A model generated the notes under the pieces. It was given only the letters and a program-made list of their open reading frames with translations. It was not told where the DNA came from and did not search any database. From the NCBI GenBank assembly GCA_965219685.1, contig CBDCOH010000002.1, positions 3,232,001-3,296,000 on the forward strand: a stretch of DNA of 64,000 nucleotides, written 5' to 3'. The stretch is from Candidatus Spongiisociaceae bacterium. GTDB taxonomy: Bacteria > Actinomycetota > Acidimicrobiia > Spongiisociales > Spongiisociaceae. This document shows positions 47,990 through 57,881 of this stretch, piece by piece (position 1 is the first letter of the stretch; each line of letters begins with the position of its first letter). A program made the translations under genes and the position numbers.

Positions 47990-48976
47990 ATGAGCAGCCG
48001 AACGCCGGCACGGGACCGCACGATACCGCTGGACCTCATCCGGAGAGCGGCCTCCACCATCGGGGAGACAGCAATCCGCACTCCGCTCATCAGGCTTGAC
48101 ATCGATGCCCCTTGCGAGATCTTCCTCAAGTTGGAGAACCTGCAACCAACCGGTGCGTTCAAGATCCGGGGTGCCGCCTTCGGCGTTCTCGACCGGGCCG
48201 GTGAAGACCTTTCCGCAGGAGTCTGGGCGGCTAGTTCGGGGAACATGGCGTCTGCGCTCTCCTACGTCGCACGCTGCTTCTCCATCCCGTGCACCGTCCT
48301 CATGCCCGACACGGCCACGGAGACCAAGGTACGGGCTGTCGAACGTTTGGGTGCCCGGGCGGTGCGGGTCGGCTACTCCGAGTGGTGGCAGGCTCTTGGT
48401 GACCGTGACCATCCGGAGGCCACCGGGGTCTTCTTCCACGGGTTCGACGACGTTCGCATGATGGCGGCCGATGGCACGATCGGGCTCGAGATCGCCGAGG
48501 ATCTGCCCGACGCGGACGCCGTCGTCGTGCCCTTCGGTGGCGGCGGCCTCGCGTGCGGGATCGGGAGCGCGCTCAAGCAGGCGGGAACGACGGCCCGCGT
48601 GCTGGCGGCGGAGTTCGATCAGTTGGCCCCGCTGACAGCCGCCCTGGCCGCCGGGTCACCGGTGGATGTCCACGGAAAGCCGCCCCGGTTCCTGGGCGGT
48701 GTCGGGGGACCGAACGTGGTCGAGTCGATGTGGGCACTGACACGGAAGGTGGTCGACGGCGCGGTGACAACTTCGCTGGACGAGATCGTCCGTGCGATAC
48801 GAGTCCTCGCCACGCAGGGGCGGATCGTCGCCGAGGGCGCCGGGGCAGTGGCCCTGGCCTGCGCCATGAACGGAAAGGCGGGGCCCGGCAAGGTCGTATG
48901 CGTTGTCTCCGGGGGCAACATCGACGGTTCCGACCTGGCAGCCATACTCTCCGGTGGGGTTCCCGGCGAAGCGTGA
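47990..48976 (+). CDS. PLP-dependent threonine/serine dehydratase-like enzyme
   Basis: KLENLQPTGAFKIRG, SSGN, PFGGGGL, AEGAGA, SGGN. Confidence 0.9.
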   Translation: MSSRTPARDRTIPLDLIRRAASTIGETAIRTPLIRLDIDAPCEIFLKLENLQPTGAFKIRGAAFGVLDRAGEDLSAGVWAASSGNMASALSYVARCFSIPCTVLMPDTATETKVRAVERLGARAVRVGYSEWWQALGDRDHPEATGVFFHGFDDVRMMAADGTIGLEIAEDLPDADAVVVPFGGGGLACGIGSALKQAGTTARVLAAEFDQLAPLTAALAAGSPVDVHGKPPRFLGGVGGPNVVESMWALTRKVVDGAVTTSLDEIVRAIRVLATQGRIVAEGAGAVALACAMNGKAGPGKVVCVVSGGNIDGSDLAAILSGGVPGEA

Positions 48977-49105
48977 AAGCCGAACGGTGATCGTGGGCAC
49001 CTACTCCGGCACCCACCACACGTCCGGATCCGGGCCCGGGAGGGTGCTAGTTCTTCAGTTCAGGTGTGTTCGGCAGACGTGTTCGGTCATGCGAGGGGTC
49101 GGTTC

Positions 49106-49308
49106 TGTCACACCCCTGTTGCATATTGGTAGGTAACCGCCAAGCACCGACGGTCCGTTTTCTCGGTACCGACCGGACCCGATCGGGTTCATGTAGTCCA
49201 CTAGGCCCTCTGAAAGGGTAAAGCGGGACGCGTTTCGACGCCGAGGAGGCGGCGGTTGGGGGTGGGGCCCGCGGGGGAGACCGCCTTCGCGGTTTTCGCG
49301 GTCTTGAT
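49106..49308 (+). ncRNA. Dispersed structured intergenic element, copy 3
   Basis: TGTCAC-N10-CATATT, GGTCCG..TCGGTACCGA..CGGACC, GGGGGTGG/CCGCCTTC stem, TTTTCGCG.TCTTGAT. Confidence 0.58.
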
Positions 49309-49418
49309 TGCCGGGGATCGGTGGGTGCTGGGGGGCGGCATCTTCAGCGAACTGCCGACGTAGGACGCCTCGGACTGTGACCGATGAGAAGAGGTCGCTG
49401 CTTCATCAGATCGAGATT

Positions 49419-49468
49419 ATAGTTTCGTTATCAGTTCTTCACAGATAGTATTATGTCTACATAGTTTC
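49419..49468. promoter_or_regulatory. AT-rich promoter region with ATAGTTTC direct repeats (possible antitoxin operator)
   Basis: ATAGTTTC at 49419 and 49461, directly upstream of the HTH antitoxin. Confidence 0.3.
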
Positions 49469-49475
49469 CATAAAG

Positions 49476-49787
49476 GTGTTCAGTCCGGTGACGATGGAGG
49501 CTGCGCGGCTGCTGGGCAGTCGGGTGGCGTTGGCGCGGCGGGAGCGGCGTTGGACGCTCGCCGAGCTCGCCGAGAGGGTGGGGGTGTCGGTTGTCACGAT
49601 CCGCAAGGTGGAACGGGGTGACCCGACCGTCGCCTTGGGCACGGCCCTCGAAGCGGCCACGCTCGTCGGGGTGACGCTGTTCCACGAAGACCCGGTTAGG
49701 CGCTCCCTGGAGGTGGAAGCCGTCCAAGCCAGGCTCGCGATGTTGCCGGCCTCGGTGCGCCGCGCCGCCGTCGATGACGACTTCTGA
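49476..49787 (+). CDS. XRE-family HTH protein, HipB-like antitoxin
   Basis: RRERRWTLAELAERVGVS..TIRKVERG; overlaps hipA start. Confidence 0.85.
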   Translation: MFSPVTMEAARLLGSRVALARRERRWTLAELAERVGVSVVTIRKVERGDPTVALGTALEAATLVGVTLFHEDPVRRSLEVEAVQARLAMLPASVRRAAVDDDF

Positions 49788-51066
49788 CCGGAGCCCGGAC
49801 CCTTTGGGCCCTTTCGTGTGGGTTTGGCTGCCCGGGGCGACCGAGCCGGTCGTCGCAGGAAGGCTGATCGACCGCGGCCCGGTCGTGACCTTCGTCTACG
49901 GACGGAGCTACCTGCATCGGCCTGACGCAGTGGCTCTTTACCTGCCGGAGCTTCCGCTGCGGCCCGGGGAGGTGTGGCCACTGTCGGGCGAGATCGCCGG
50001 CTGCGTGGCCGACTCGGCCCCCGACGCCTGGGGGCGGCGGGTGATCGAATACCGCCGCCCCCGCTCCGGAGCGGACCTCTCCATCCTGGGCTACCTCCTG
50101 GAATCGGGCTCGGACCGTATCGGGGCGCTCGACTTCCAGGAGTCGGCCACCCGTTACATCTCCCGCTCCGGCGACGGCGCGTCGTTAGCAGACCTGGTCG
50201 AAGCCGCCGACCGGGTGGAGAGGGGCGTGACGCTCACGCCTGCCCTGGACCGGGCTCTGCTGCACGGAACCTCTGTGGGCGGGGCGCGACCAAAGGCGCT
50301 GCTCACCGACGGTGACCGACGGCTGATAGCCAAGTTCGCCTCGTCCACCGACCCCTATCCGGTGGTCAAAGCCGAGTACGTCGCCATGGAACTGGCCCGC
50401 CGTGCCGGGATCGATGTAGCGCCTGTCGAACTCGCGGAGGCTCTCGGCAGAGATGTGCTGCTCGTCGAACGATTCGACCGCACCGTCGATGGACGAAGGC
50501 GCATGATGGTGTCGGCCCTAACGATCCTCGAGTTGCACGACGCGCAAGGCATCGCGGGTCGTTACGCCACCTACACCGACCTAGCCCACCGGGTCCGGTC
50601 GCGCTTCACGTCCCCTGACGCGACGCTGCGAGAACTGTTCTCGCGCATCGTCTTCAACATCCTCGTCGGCAACACCGATGACCACGCCCGCAACCACTCC
50701 GCCTTCTGGGACGGCGCCCACCTCACGCTGACCCCGGCCTACGACATCTGCCCGCAGACCCGCACGGGCGGCGAGGCGGCCCAGGCGATGGCCTTCGGCG
50801 CCGACGGCGACCGTATGAGCCAGGTCGCGCGTTGCATAACGCACGCGGGCCATTACCACCTGACCCCGCAACATGCCCGGGAGATCATCGACCACCTGAT
50901 CACCCTGATCCACACCGACTGGGACGAAGTCTGCGACCTCGCCTCTTTGCCCGCCGCCGACAGGCAACGCCTCTGGGGACGCCAGTTCCTCAATCCCTAC
51001 TCCTTGTACGGGTACGACACCGTGCATGCGTTGAAGAACAATCTGGAGGCTGCTCACCGCCTTTAG
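49774..51066 (+). CDS. hipA: HipA-family kinase toxin
   Basis: DSAPD.WG, DRIGALDF, GTSVGGARPK, ERFDR, GNTDDHARN, PAYD. Confidence 0.93.
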   Translation: MTTSDRSPDPLGPFVWVWLPGATEPVVAGRLIDRGPVVTFVYGRSYLHRPDAVALYLPELPLRPGEVWPLSGEIAGCVADSAPDAWGRRVIEYRRPRSGADLSILGYLLESGSDRIGALDFQESATRYISRSGDGASLADLVEAADRVERGVTLTPALDRALLHGTSVGGARPKALLTDGDRRLIAKFASSTDPYPVVKAEYVAMELARRAGIDVAPVELAEALGRDVLLVERFDRTVDGRRRMMVSALTILELHDAQGIAGRYATYTDLAHRVRSRFTSPDATLRELFSRIVFNILVGNTDDHARNHSAFWDGAHLTLTPAYDICPQTRTGGEAAQAMAFGADGDRMSQVARCITHAGHYHLTPQHAREIIDHLITLIHTDWDEVCDLASLPAADRQRLWGRQFLNPYSLYGYDTVHALKNNLEAAHRL

Positions 51067-51425
51067 CCGACATCGCCCTGTATCGTCAACACCCGGCTGG
51101 CGGGCTCTCGAAGCGTACTGTTGTGTGGGTCGTGAGGGCGGATGCTATCGATCTCTACCGCTTCGGTCCGCTCGGCGTGGTAGAGGTCCCGACGAAGTTG
51201 CAGGTTCAACCAGAAGGCCGCAGAAGTGCCGAAGAATCGTGAGAGTCGCAGAGCGGTGCTTGGCGTGACTCCGCGTTTCCCACGGACAACTTCGTTGACG
51301 CGCTGATAGGGCACCTGGATTGCGTTTGACAGATCCCTCTGGGTCATCCCAAGGGGCTTGAGGAACTCTTCCAGCAGCATCTCGCCCGGATGCGTCGGCT
51401 CTCGGTCGGTCGGGATTCGAACCAT
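51063..51425 (-). CDS. higA: HigA-family antitoxin
   Basis: HPGEMLLEEFLKP, RVNE..GKRGVT, ALRLSRFFGTS..FWLNLQ. Confidence 0.92.
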   Translation of the reverse strand: MVRIPTDREPTHPGEMLLEEFLKPLGMTQRDLSNAIQVPYQRVNEVVRGKRGVTPSTALRLSRFFGTSAAFWLNLQLRRDLYHAERTEAVEIDSIRPHDPHNSTLREPASRVLTIQGDVG

Positions 51426-51439
51426 GTTCGGTCTCCTCT

Positions 51440-51530
51440 TCAGCGATAGTCGGTGATCTCAGCTTCGGCTGGTTCGTTCCGCAAGCGCCGGGCCGCCTTC
51501 AGTCGCTTAGAGGCTCCGCCATCTGTACCT
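51440..51530 (-). pseudogene. higB toxin remnant with large internal deletion
   Basis: Reads GTD..KAARR joined in frame to EPAEAEITDYR-stop just upstream of the higA RBS. Confidence 0.55.
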
Positions 51531-51602
51531 CGTCCGCCGGCAAGCCCAACCGGGACCTACCCGCAGCGGGCACTCGCCCAAGAAACGCTATGAGCCTGGT
51601 AA

Positions 51603-53378
51603 CTACCTGCTGAAACCCCGCCTGCCGGCGTCCTCCAAGGCTTGGGTACGACCCGCGTAGACGCCCCGCTTCGCCATCAACTCCTGGTGCGTGCCGGATT
51701 CGACAACCACCCCGTCCTCGATCACGACGATGGAATCGGCTCCCCTGATGGTGGCCGGCCGGTGGGCCACCAGGATCACGGTGCGTCCTTCCAGCAACGA
51801 TGCCGTGGCCTCCCGGATCTGGCGCTCGGTGGTGGCGTCCAGCGCGGCCGTCGCCTCATCCAGGCAGACGATCGGGGTGTCGGCGACCAGGGCCCGCGCG
51901 ATCGCCAGTCGCTGCCTCTCACCACCCGACAGCTGCCGGCCTCCCTCACCCACACGAGCGTCCAATCCTCGCGCCCGTTCCTGGATGAAGTCCCAGCACC
52001 TGGCGGTTCTGGCAGCCGCCACGATACGGTCGTCCTCCACACTGCGTTCTCCGGCGATCGCCTCCCTGAAGGTCGCGTCCGGAAAGTAGGTGTCCTGGAG
52101 TACGAAGGCCATCAACTCGTCTCGCTGGCGACGGCCCAGTGCGGCCAGGTCCACCCCTCCGATGAGGATCCGCCCCGCGTCCGGCTCCCACAGACCGGCC
52201 AGCAGATGGAGCAGGGTCGACTTGCCGGCACCTGACTCGCCCACAACCGCTGTCACCGAGCCCGCCGGAGCGACGAACTCGACTCCGCGCAGCACCGGGT
52301 CACCGGGCTCGTACTCGAACTCCACACCCTCGAAACGCACGTCGTATCCGGTTGGATCCGGTCCTCGGGAGGCAACGGGAGCAGGCCGGAGGTCGAGCAG
52401 CCCGGCGATCCGGGTCACCGCGGCGGAAACGTACACGACGGAACCGGAAGCCGAACCTAGCCGGATGAAGGCCAGGGTGGCGCCGGCTATCAGGACCAGC
52501 AGGGTTCCGGTGGTCGAGGCCTCGATGGCTCCACCGCTGTACCGCCATCCGGCCACGGCGAGCAGGAGTCCGCCCACCAGCGAGGCAGCCGCCGCGAGGC
52601 CGGCCCCGACCGGGATAGTGGTGCGCACCGAGCGGAGGTTCTCGGTCTTGTAGTCGCGCAATGACTCGTCGAGCCGTTCGGCAAGCTCAGAGCGAAGGCC
52701 GAATGCCTTGGCGACCTCGATCCCCTGCACGAACTCGACGACCCGCTCATCCTGCGCAGCGCGGAGCCCGTAGCGGTACGCGATGTGCCGGGACTGCATC
52801 CGGAGCCTGAGTCCATACCCCACTACGGTCAGGCAGCCCAAGACCAGCAGCACGCCACCGACCACCGGGTCGAGGAACGCCACGATCGCTACCAGGACCG
52901 GTGCGGCCATCGCGCTGCTCATCAGCCCCCCGACCGACCCGACGAGGAAGTCCTCGAGATCGGCCACGTCACGGTCGATGATGGAGGTGACCTCTCCCCG
53001 GGGGCGGGCCAGCACCTCCCGGACCGGCGCCGACCGCACCTTGCGTAGCAACTCCAGCCGGACCCTGCTGGTTACATCGCGTGCCACCCCTAGAAGCATC
53101 GTCGAGCTGACCCAGTGGGTGAAGAACGCCACGACCACCGACGCCGCCAGGACCCCCGAGGCGGACCATACGAAGGCCCGGTCGAGCCCGACGCCAACAA
53201 TACGGCCTGCCATGGCGGCCACCACCACCAGCGGTCCCAGCGCGGCAATCCCGCGGATGCAGCGCAGAGCCAGCGCACGGAGCAGCCGTCGATGCTCGGG
53301 GCCCATCGACCTCCTGAAGGATCGGAGGGCTCTTCCGAACTCAAGCTGGTCGCGGCGGGTCGCCTGTCCGGAGTTCAT
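51603..53378 (-). CDS. Fused TMD-NBD ABC subunit (YbtQ/IrtB-like), pair 1
   Basis: VVEFVQGIEV.KAFG, GESGAGKST, LSGGERQR, LDEATAALD; ATGA overlap with upstream gene. Confidence 0.88.
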   Translation of the reverse strand: MNSGQATRRDQLEFGRALRSFRRSMGPEHRRLLRALALRCIRGIAALGPLVVVAAMAGRIVGVGLDRAFVWSASGVLAASVVVAFFTHWVSSTMLLGVARDVTSRVRLELLRKVRSAPVREVLARPRGEVTSIIDRDVADLEDFLVGSVGGLMSSAMAAPVLVAIVAFLDPVVGGVLLVLGCLTVVGYGLRLRMQSRHIAYRYGLRAAQDERVVEFVQGIEVAKAFGLRSELAERLDESLRDYKTENLRSVRTTIPVGAGLAAAASLVGGLLLAVAGWRYSGGAIEASTTGTLLVLIAGATLAFIRLGSASGSVVYVSAAVTRIAGLLDLRPAPVASRGPDPTGYDVRFEGVEFEYEPGDPVLRGVEFVAPAGSVTAVVGESGAGKSTLLHLLAGLWEPDAGRILIGGVDLAALGRRQRDELMAFVLQDTYFPDATFREAIAGERSVEDDRIVAAARTARCWDFIQERARGLDARVGEGGRQLSGGERQRLAIARALVADTPIVCLDEATAALDATTERQIREATASLLEGRTVILVAHRPATIRGADSIVVIEDGVVVESGTHQELMAKRGVYAGRTQALEDAGRRGFSR

Positions 53379-55141
53379 GGCGTCACCGCATCCGCGCGCT
53401 GCCAATCCGTCCAGAGTTCCCGGTAGCGGCCCTCGACCGCCACGAGGTCGTCGTGGACCCCGGCCTGAACGATCCTCCCGCCGTCCAGGACCAGGATCTG
53501 GTCCGCCCCCACGATGGTCGACAGCCGGTGGGCCACTACTAGGACGGTGCGACCCACCGTGAGGGCGTGCAGGGAGTCTCTCAGCACCGCCTCGCTGTCC
53601 GGATCAACGAACGCTGTCGCTTCGTCCAGGATCACCAGCGGCGCATCGTGCAGCAGCGCCCGGGCGATGGCCAGCCGTTGCTTCTCGCCGCCGGAGAGGT
53701 TGACGCCACGCGTTCCGAGCCGGGTCCGGTAGCCATCCGGCATCGCGGAGATGACCGAGTGAATGTTGGCGGCCCTCGCCGCTTCGACCAACTCCTCCTC
53801 CGTGGCAGCCGGCCGGCCGACCCGCAGGTTCGCCTCGATGGTGTCCCTAAACAGGAAGGTGTCCTGGAACACGAAGGCCACCCGGGACAGCAGATGGTCG
53901 ATGGGGAAGTCCCGGACATCGATCCCGCCCAGCCTGACCGATCCGCTGCCGACATCCCAGAACCGGGCCGCCAGACGCGCCAGGGTCGACTTGCCCGCTC
54001 CCGTCTGGCCGACGATGGCCGTCAGCGTGCCGCTCGGCGCCCGGAACGAGACATCGGACAGGACATCTCTTTCGTCGTAGCCGAAGCTCACGTCCTCGAA
54101 CTCCAGATCCGACGTGTGGGAAGGCGCGGGACCGGGGGCATCGGGTTGGATCTCCGCTTCCAGCGTCTCATCGACGACGCCTGCCGCATAGCTGATCTTG
54201 TTCGCCAGGAAGTAGATGCGCCGGAGCCGCTGGATGGGTATCCCGTAGCCCAGACCGAGGATCGCGAACAGGAGCAGGTGACCGGGCTCGACCCCGCCTC
54301 TGAGCAGGAGGACGCCACCGATCGGGATCACCAGCAGGATGGCGGCGTCGTTCAGCACGTGATAGGCGGCCGCATGGGGATCGACCCTGCCGTACCACCT
54401 GGCGTTCGCATCCGCCAGGTCGGTCACAGCCGAGCGGAGCTTCCGGGAAGGTCGTTCGGAGCGATCGAGGACGGCGGTGGTGAGAAGTCCGTCCAGTAAC
54501 TCCACCAGCTTGCGGCTCAGCCTCCCGGATGCCGCGTTGGTCTCCGCGATGGCCTCCCCGCTCTTGCGGGTCCCTACCAGGAGTATCGCGTAGGCAACGG
54601 CAGCCACCACTGCGGTTGCGGCCGCCAGGCGGTAGTCGACGACGGCCAGCCAAGTGGTGACGATCACCCAGGACACGGCCGCCGACACGAACTCCACGAA
54701 GGAGTGGGCCACGAAAAGCTCGAGCTTGCCGACATCGTCCACGACCACCCGCTGCAGGTCTCCGCTGTGCCGCCCGGTCACCTCACCGAGGGGAAGGCGG
54801 GTAAGGCGGTTGAGAAGTTCGACCCGTAGCTCGTGCAACTGGTCGTAGGCGGCCACATGGGACACGTACATGGCGCCGGACCACGTGACGGTCTGGAGGG
54901 CGGCAGCCACACCTGCCAGGATCCCGAAGGTGACGAGTTGGGCGCCCTCGCCTCCGTCGGCGACCACCAGGATCGCCCGGTAGAGGAAGTAGAAGGGCGC
55001 CAGCTCGAGCACGCTCGATACGAGTGCGAGCACCGTGGCTCCCGTGACCAGCCCGGCCACGGGAGCGGCGAACTTCAGGAGCGTGCGGGTGCCTGACGTT
55101 ATCGGTCGGGATTCCAAGCTGCTGCCTTCCAAGGCATCCAC
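53375..55141 (-). CDS. Fused TMD-NBD ABC subunit (YbtP/IrtA-like), pair 1
   Basis: SH.AAY..L..LR..L...L.RLPLG, ARFWDV, VAFVFQD, DEATAFVDPDSE. Confidence 0.9.
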   Translation of the reverse strand: MDALEGSSLESRPITSGTRTLLKFAAPVAGLVTGATVLALVSSVLELAPFYFLYRAILVVADGGEGAQLVTFGILAGVAAALQTVTWSGAMYVSHVAAYDQLHELRVELLNRLTRLPLGEVTGRHSGDLQRVVVDDVGKLELFVAHSFVEFVSAAVSWVIVTTWLAVVDYRLAAATAVVAAVAYAILLVGTRKSGEAIAETNAASGRLSRKLVELLDGLLTTAVLDRSERPSRKLRSAVTDLADANARWYGRVDPHAAAYHVLNDAAILLVIPIGGVLLLRGGVEPGHLLLFAILGLGYGIPIQRLRRIYFLANKISYAAGVVDETLEAEIQPDAPGPAPSHTSDLEFEDVSFGYDERDVLSDVSFRAPSGTLTAIVGQTGAGKSTLARLAARFWDVGSGSVRLGGIDVRDFPIDHLLSRVAFVFQDTFLFRDTIEANLRVGRPAATEEELVEAARAANIHSVISAMPDGYRTRLGTRGVNLSGGEKQRLAIARALLHDAPLVILDEATAFVDPDSEAVLRDSLHALTVGRTVLVVAHRLSTIVGADQILVLDGGRIVQAGVHDDLVAVEGRYRELWTDWQRADAVTP

Positions 55142-55390
55142 CGCGTCCCAGCTGCGAAACGTCGATCCGGGTCATCCACACCTCGCGCCCGCTCGTGCCT
55201 TGTAGCGATTGGTCGCTCCGGACTGTACGAGACCGCCGACAGTCGTGCAACCAATCCGGCGCTCAACTCGGTACACCCTCCATCCGGCCGTCCCATCCCT
55301 TTCCCCGGGCCAGCGGGTACGTGTGACACCTCCTGGGATCGACAGGTAGAGTCCGGGACCCTGATTCAGGCTGTTCGGAGAGAGGTAGAA

Positions 55391-56314
55391 ATGCCCGCCA
55401 TGTCCCAGGAACTCGTGCATGCCGCGGTGGTGCAAGCAGCTTCGGTGGCCTTCGATCCGGACAAGACGCTTGCCAAAGCAACCGAGCTGGCCACCAAGGC
55501 CGCGGCCCAGGGGGCTGATCTGATCCTGTTTCCCGAGGCTTTCCTCTCGGGGTATCCGAGGGGTATGGGCTTCGATACCGTGGTCGGAGCCCGGACCGAG
55601 AAGTCGCGGGACCTCTTTCTCGACTACTGGAATTCGGCCATCGAGATTCCGGGACCGGAGAACGATCACCTGGCCACGCTGGCCGCCGATCTGAACGTGC
55701 ACCTGGTCATGGGGTCCATCGAACGAGCCGGGGGAACCCTCTATTGCACCATCCTCTACTACTCGCCCGACCGCGGCCTGTTCGGGAAGCACCGCAAGGT
55801 CATGCCCACCGCCAGCGAAAGGCTCATATGGGGGTACGGCGACGGCTCCGATCTGGACGTGTACCAGACGCCGATCGGGAACCTCGGAGGGGCCGTCTGC
55901 TGGGAGAACTACATGCCGCTGCTGCGTATGAGCCTGTACCAGCAGAACATCCAGATCTGGTGCGCGCCCACCGCCGATGCCCGAGACTGCTGGACAGCCT
56001 CGATGCGTCACATCGCCGTCGAGGGACGGTGCTTCGTGCTGGGCGCCAACCAGTACGCAACCCGGTCCGACTACCCGGAGACTTACGACTCGGTCTTCGG
56101 CGACGACCCAGAGACGCTGGTCACGCGAGGCGCCAGCTGCATCGTCGACCCGTTCGGCCGGCTCCTGGCGGGGCCGCACACCGATGGGGAAACGATCCTG
56201 TTCGCAGACCTCGACCTGCGAGATACCGTACGCGGGAAGTTCGACCTGGACGTGGCGGGCCACTATTCGAGGCACGAGATATTCGAGATGAGAGTACGGA
56301 CCCGCCCCGACTAG
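55391..56314 (+). CDS. Nitrilase
   Basis: FPEAF..GYP, HRKVMPT, CWENYMP, DVAGHYSR. Confidence 0.92.
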   Translation: MPAMSQELVHAAVVQAASVAFDPDKTLAKATELATKAAAQGADLILFPEAFLSGYPRGMGFDTVVGARTEKSRDLFLDYWNSAIEIPGPENDHLATLAADLNVHLVMGSIERAGGTLYCTILYYSPDRGLFGKHRKVMPTASERLIWGYGDGSDLDVYQTPIGNLGGAVCWENYMPLLRMSLYQQNIQIWCAPTADARDCWTASMRHIAVEGRCFVLGANQYATRSDYPETYDSVFGDDPETLVTRGASCIVDPFGRLLAGPHTDGETILFADLDLRDTVRGKFDLDVAGHYSRHEIFEMRVRTRPD

Positions 56315-56456
56315 GGCCTGTTCAAGCTATGCGCAGCCGTGTTGGTAACCCGCGTCCCCAGTGGTTGGTCGGCGGGGCGGCGGTGGGAGATGGCGGCCCA
56401 GAGCACGCCGCACGCAACGGAGACCGACCACGACTCAAACTACGGGAGGCTTGACC

Positions 56457-57728
56457 ATGATTGATGATCTTCTCCACGATCAACTTCAGAAGGGATGGCC
56501 TCCGGGGGCGTCGGTAGCGGTTCGCGAATTCGGCGGGGAGACGCTCACTTCCTGCTCGGGTATCGGCCGGCAACAACTGGTGGGCGTTGGCTCGACCACG
56601 AAGGTGATGACCACCACGATGATCATGCAGCATCTGGCCGCGGGGGAACTCCGCTTGGACGATCCGATCGGGTTGCACCTGCCCGATGCTCTATTCGCCG
56701 ACTGCCAGGAGGGTGGGGAGGTCACCCTGAGGCAGCTCATGACGCACACGTCGGGACTCGATTGCGCGGACGATTTCACGGACACCGGCGACGGGGACGA
56801 TGCCGTGTCCCTCTTCGTCGAGACGTGTATCTCGGGAAGCGGGTTTCTCCACCGCCCGGGTGAATTCTGGTCCTACTGCAACTGCGGATTCACCCTGCTG
56901 GGCCGCCTGGTGGAGGTCCTGTCAGGCTCCACGTGGGAGGAGTCGGTGACGGATCGGATCATTAGACCTCTCGGGCTGTCGGCCACGACCGCAACCATGC
57001 TCGACGGTACGGAGGACCTGGCGATGGGCCACCGGTGGGACCCGGCCACTGAAGGGATGGTCGAGGAACCCCGCTTCATGGCCAAGAGCGGTGGGCCGGC
57101 CGGCTCGAACCTGTTGGGAACGGCGATGGACCTCGTCGACTTCGCCGATGGGCTCCTCGGCTTGCAGGCCGGCCTGCTTCCGGGTGAGTTGGCGCACGAG
57201 ATGACCGTCCCGCAGTTCAGCGCGCTCAACCGCAAGCAGGGACTCGCCTGGTGGATCCCGGGACCGGGCCAAGTCCTGCATCCGGGCTCTACTCGGGGTA
57301 GCAGCGCCTTCCTCCACGTCAAGCCAGGCGAGTGGGCCGTAAGTGTGGTGGCGAACGGTCCGGGAGCCGACACGATCGGCGAGTCCGTCGTGAAGGAGTT
57401 GTTCGACGCCGAGAGCTATCCCGTAGAAACCTCCGACCACGAGGCCCGGCCGGAAGGGCTGGCCGGAACCTACCGGCGGCGCCACGTGACACAGGAGGTC
57501 TGGATCAAGGACGGTGCGCTCCAGGCATCCACCACCTACGAGGGGCCTATCTCCGACTTCTTCGACCCCTCTCCTCCGGTCCGGCTGGATCGGGTCGCCG
57601 GCACCGAGTTCACGAGCCAGCTTCCCGGAGAACTCAGCCCCACCAGTTGGGTCTTCGATGGATTCGACGAAGACGGAGCCCCCCGGCTCGTTCTGGTAGC
57701 AAACCGGCTGCATCGACGCTCTATTTGA
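56457..57728 (+). CDS. Serine hydrolase (beta-lactamase/class C-like family)
   Basis: STTK, LMTHTSG, PGEFWSYCN, HPG; GGAGG RBS before ATG 56457. Confidence 0.88.
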   Translation: MIDDLLHDQLQKGWPPGASVAVREFGGETLTSCSGIGRQQLVGVGSTTKVMTTTMIMQHLAAGELRLDDPIGLHLPDALFADCQEGGEVTLRQLMTHTSGLDCADDFTDTGDGDDAVSLFVETCISGSGFLHRPGEFWSYCNCGFTLLGRLVEVLSGSTWEESVTDRIIRPLGLSATTATMLDGTEDLAMGHRWDPATEGMVEEPRFMAKSGGPAGSNLLGTAMDLVDFADGLLGLQAGLLPGELAHEMTVPQFSALNRKQGLAWWIPGPGQVLHPGSTRGSSAFLHVKPGEWAVSVVANGPGADTIGESVVKELFDAESYPVETSDHEARPEGLAGTYRRRHVTQEVWIKDGALQASTTYEGPISDFFDPSPPVRLDRVAGTEFTSQLPGELSPTSWVFDGFDEDGAPRLVLVANRLHRRSI

Positions 57729-57881
57729 TCTAGATCGCGCTCAGGAGAGCGCTCCATCAACCCGACCGGTAAGCTCATGAACAGCTCTCGGAACATCTGA
57801 AACCGAGTGGCACACAGGAGGAAAGAGCTATCGACAGCTAAGCAACTACCCCTATCAAGGGTATAGAGGAAGGTGCGAGAT

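Noticed and set aside
56457-57728. Antibiotic-resistance beta-lactamase
   Set aside because: No signal peptide and catabolic context; better read as a cytoplasmic amidase/esterase of the same fold.
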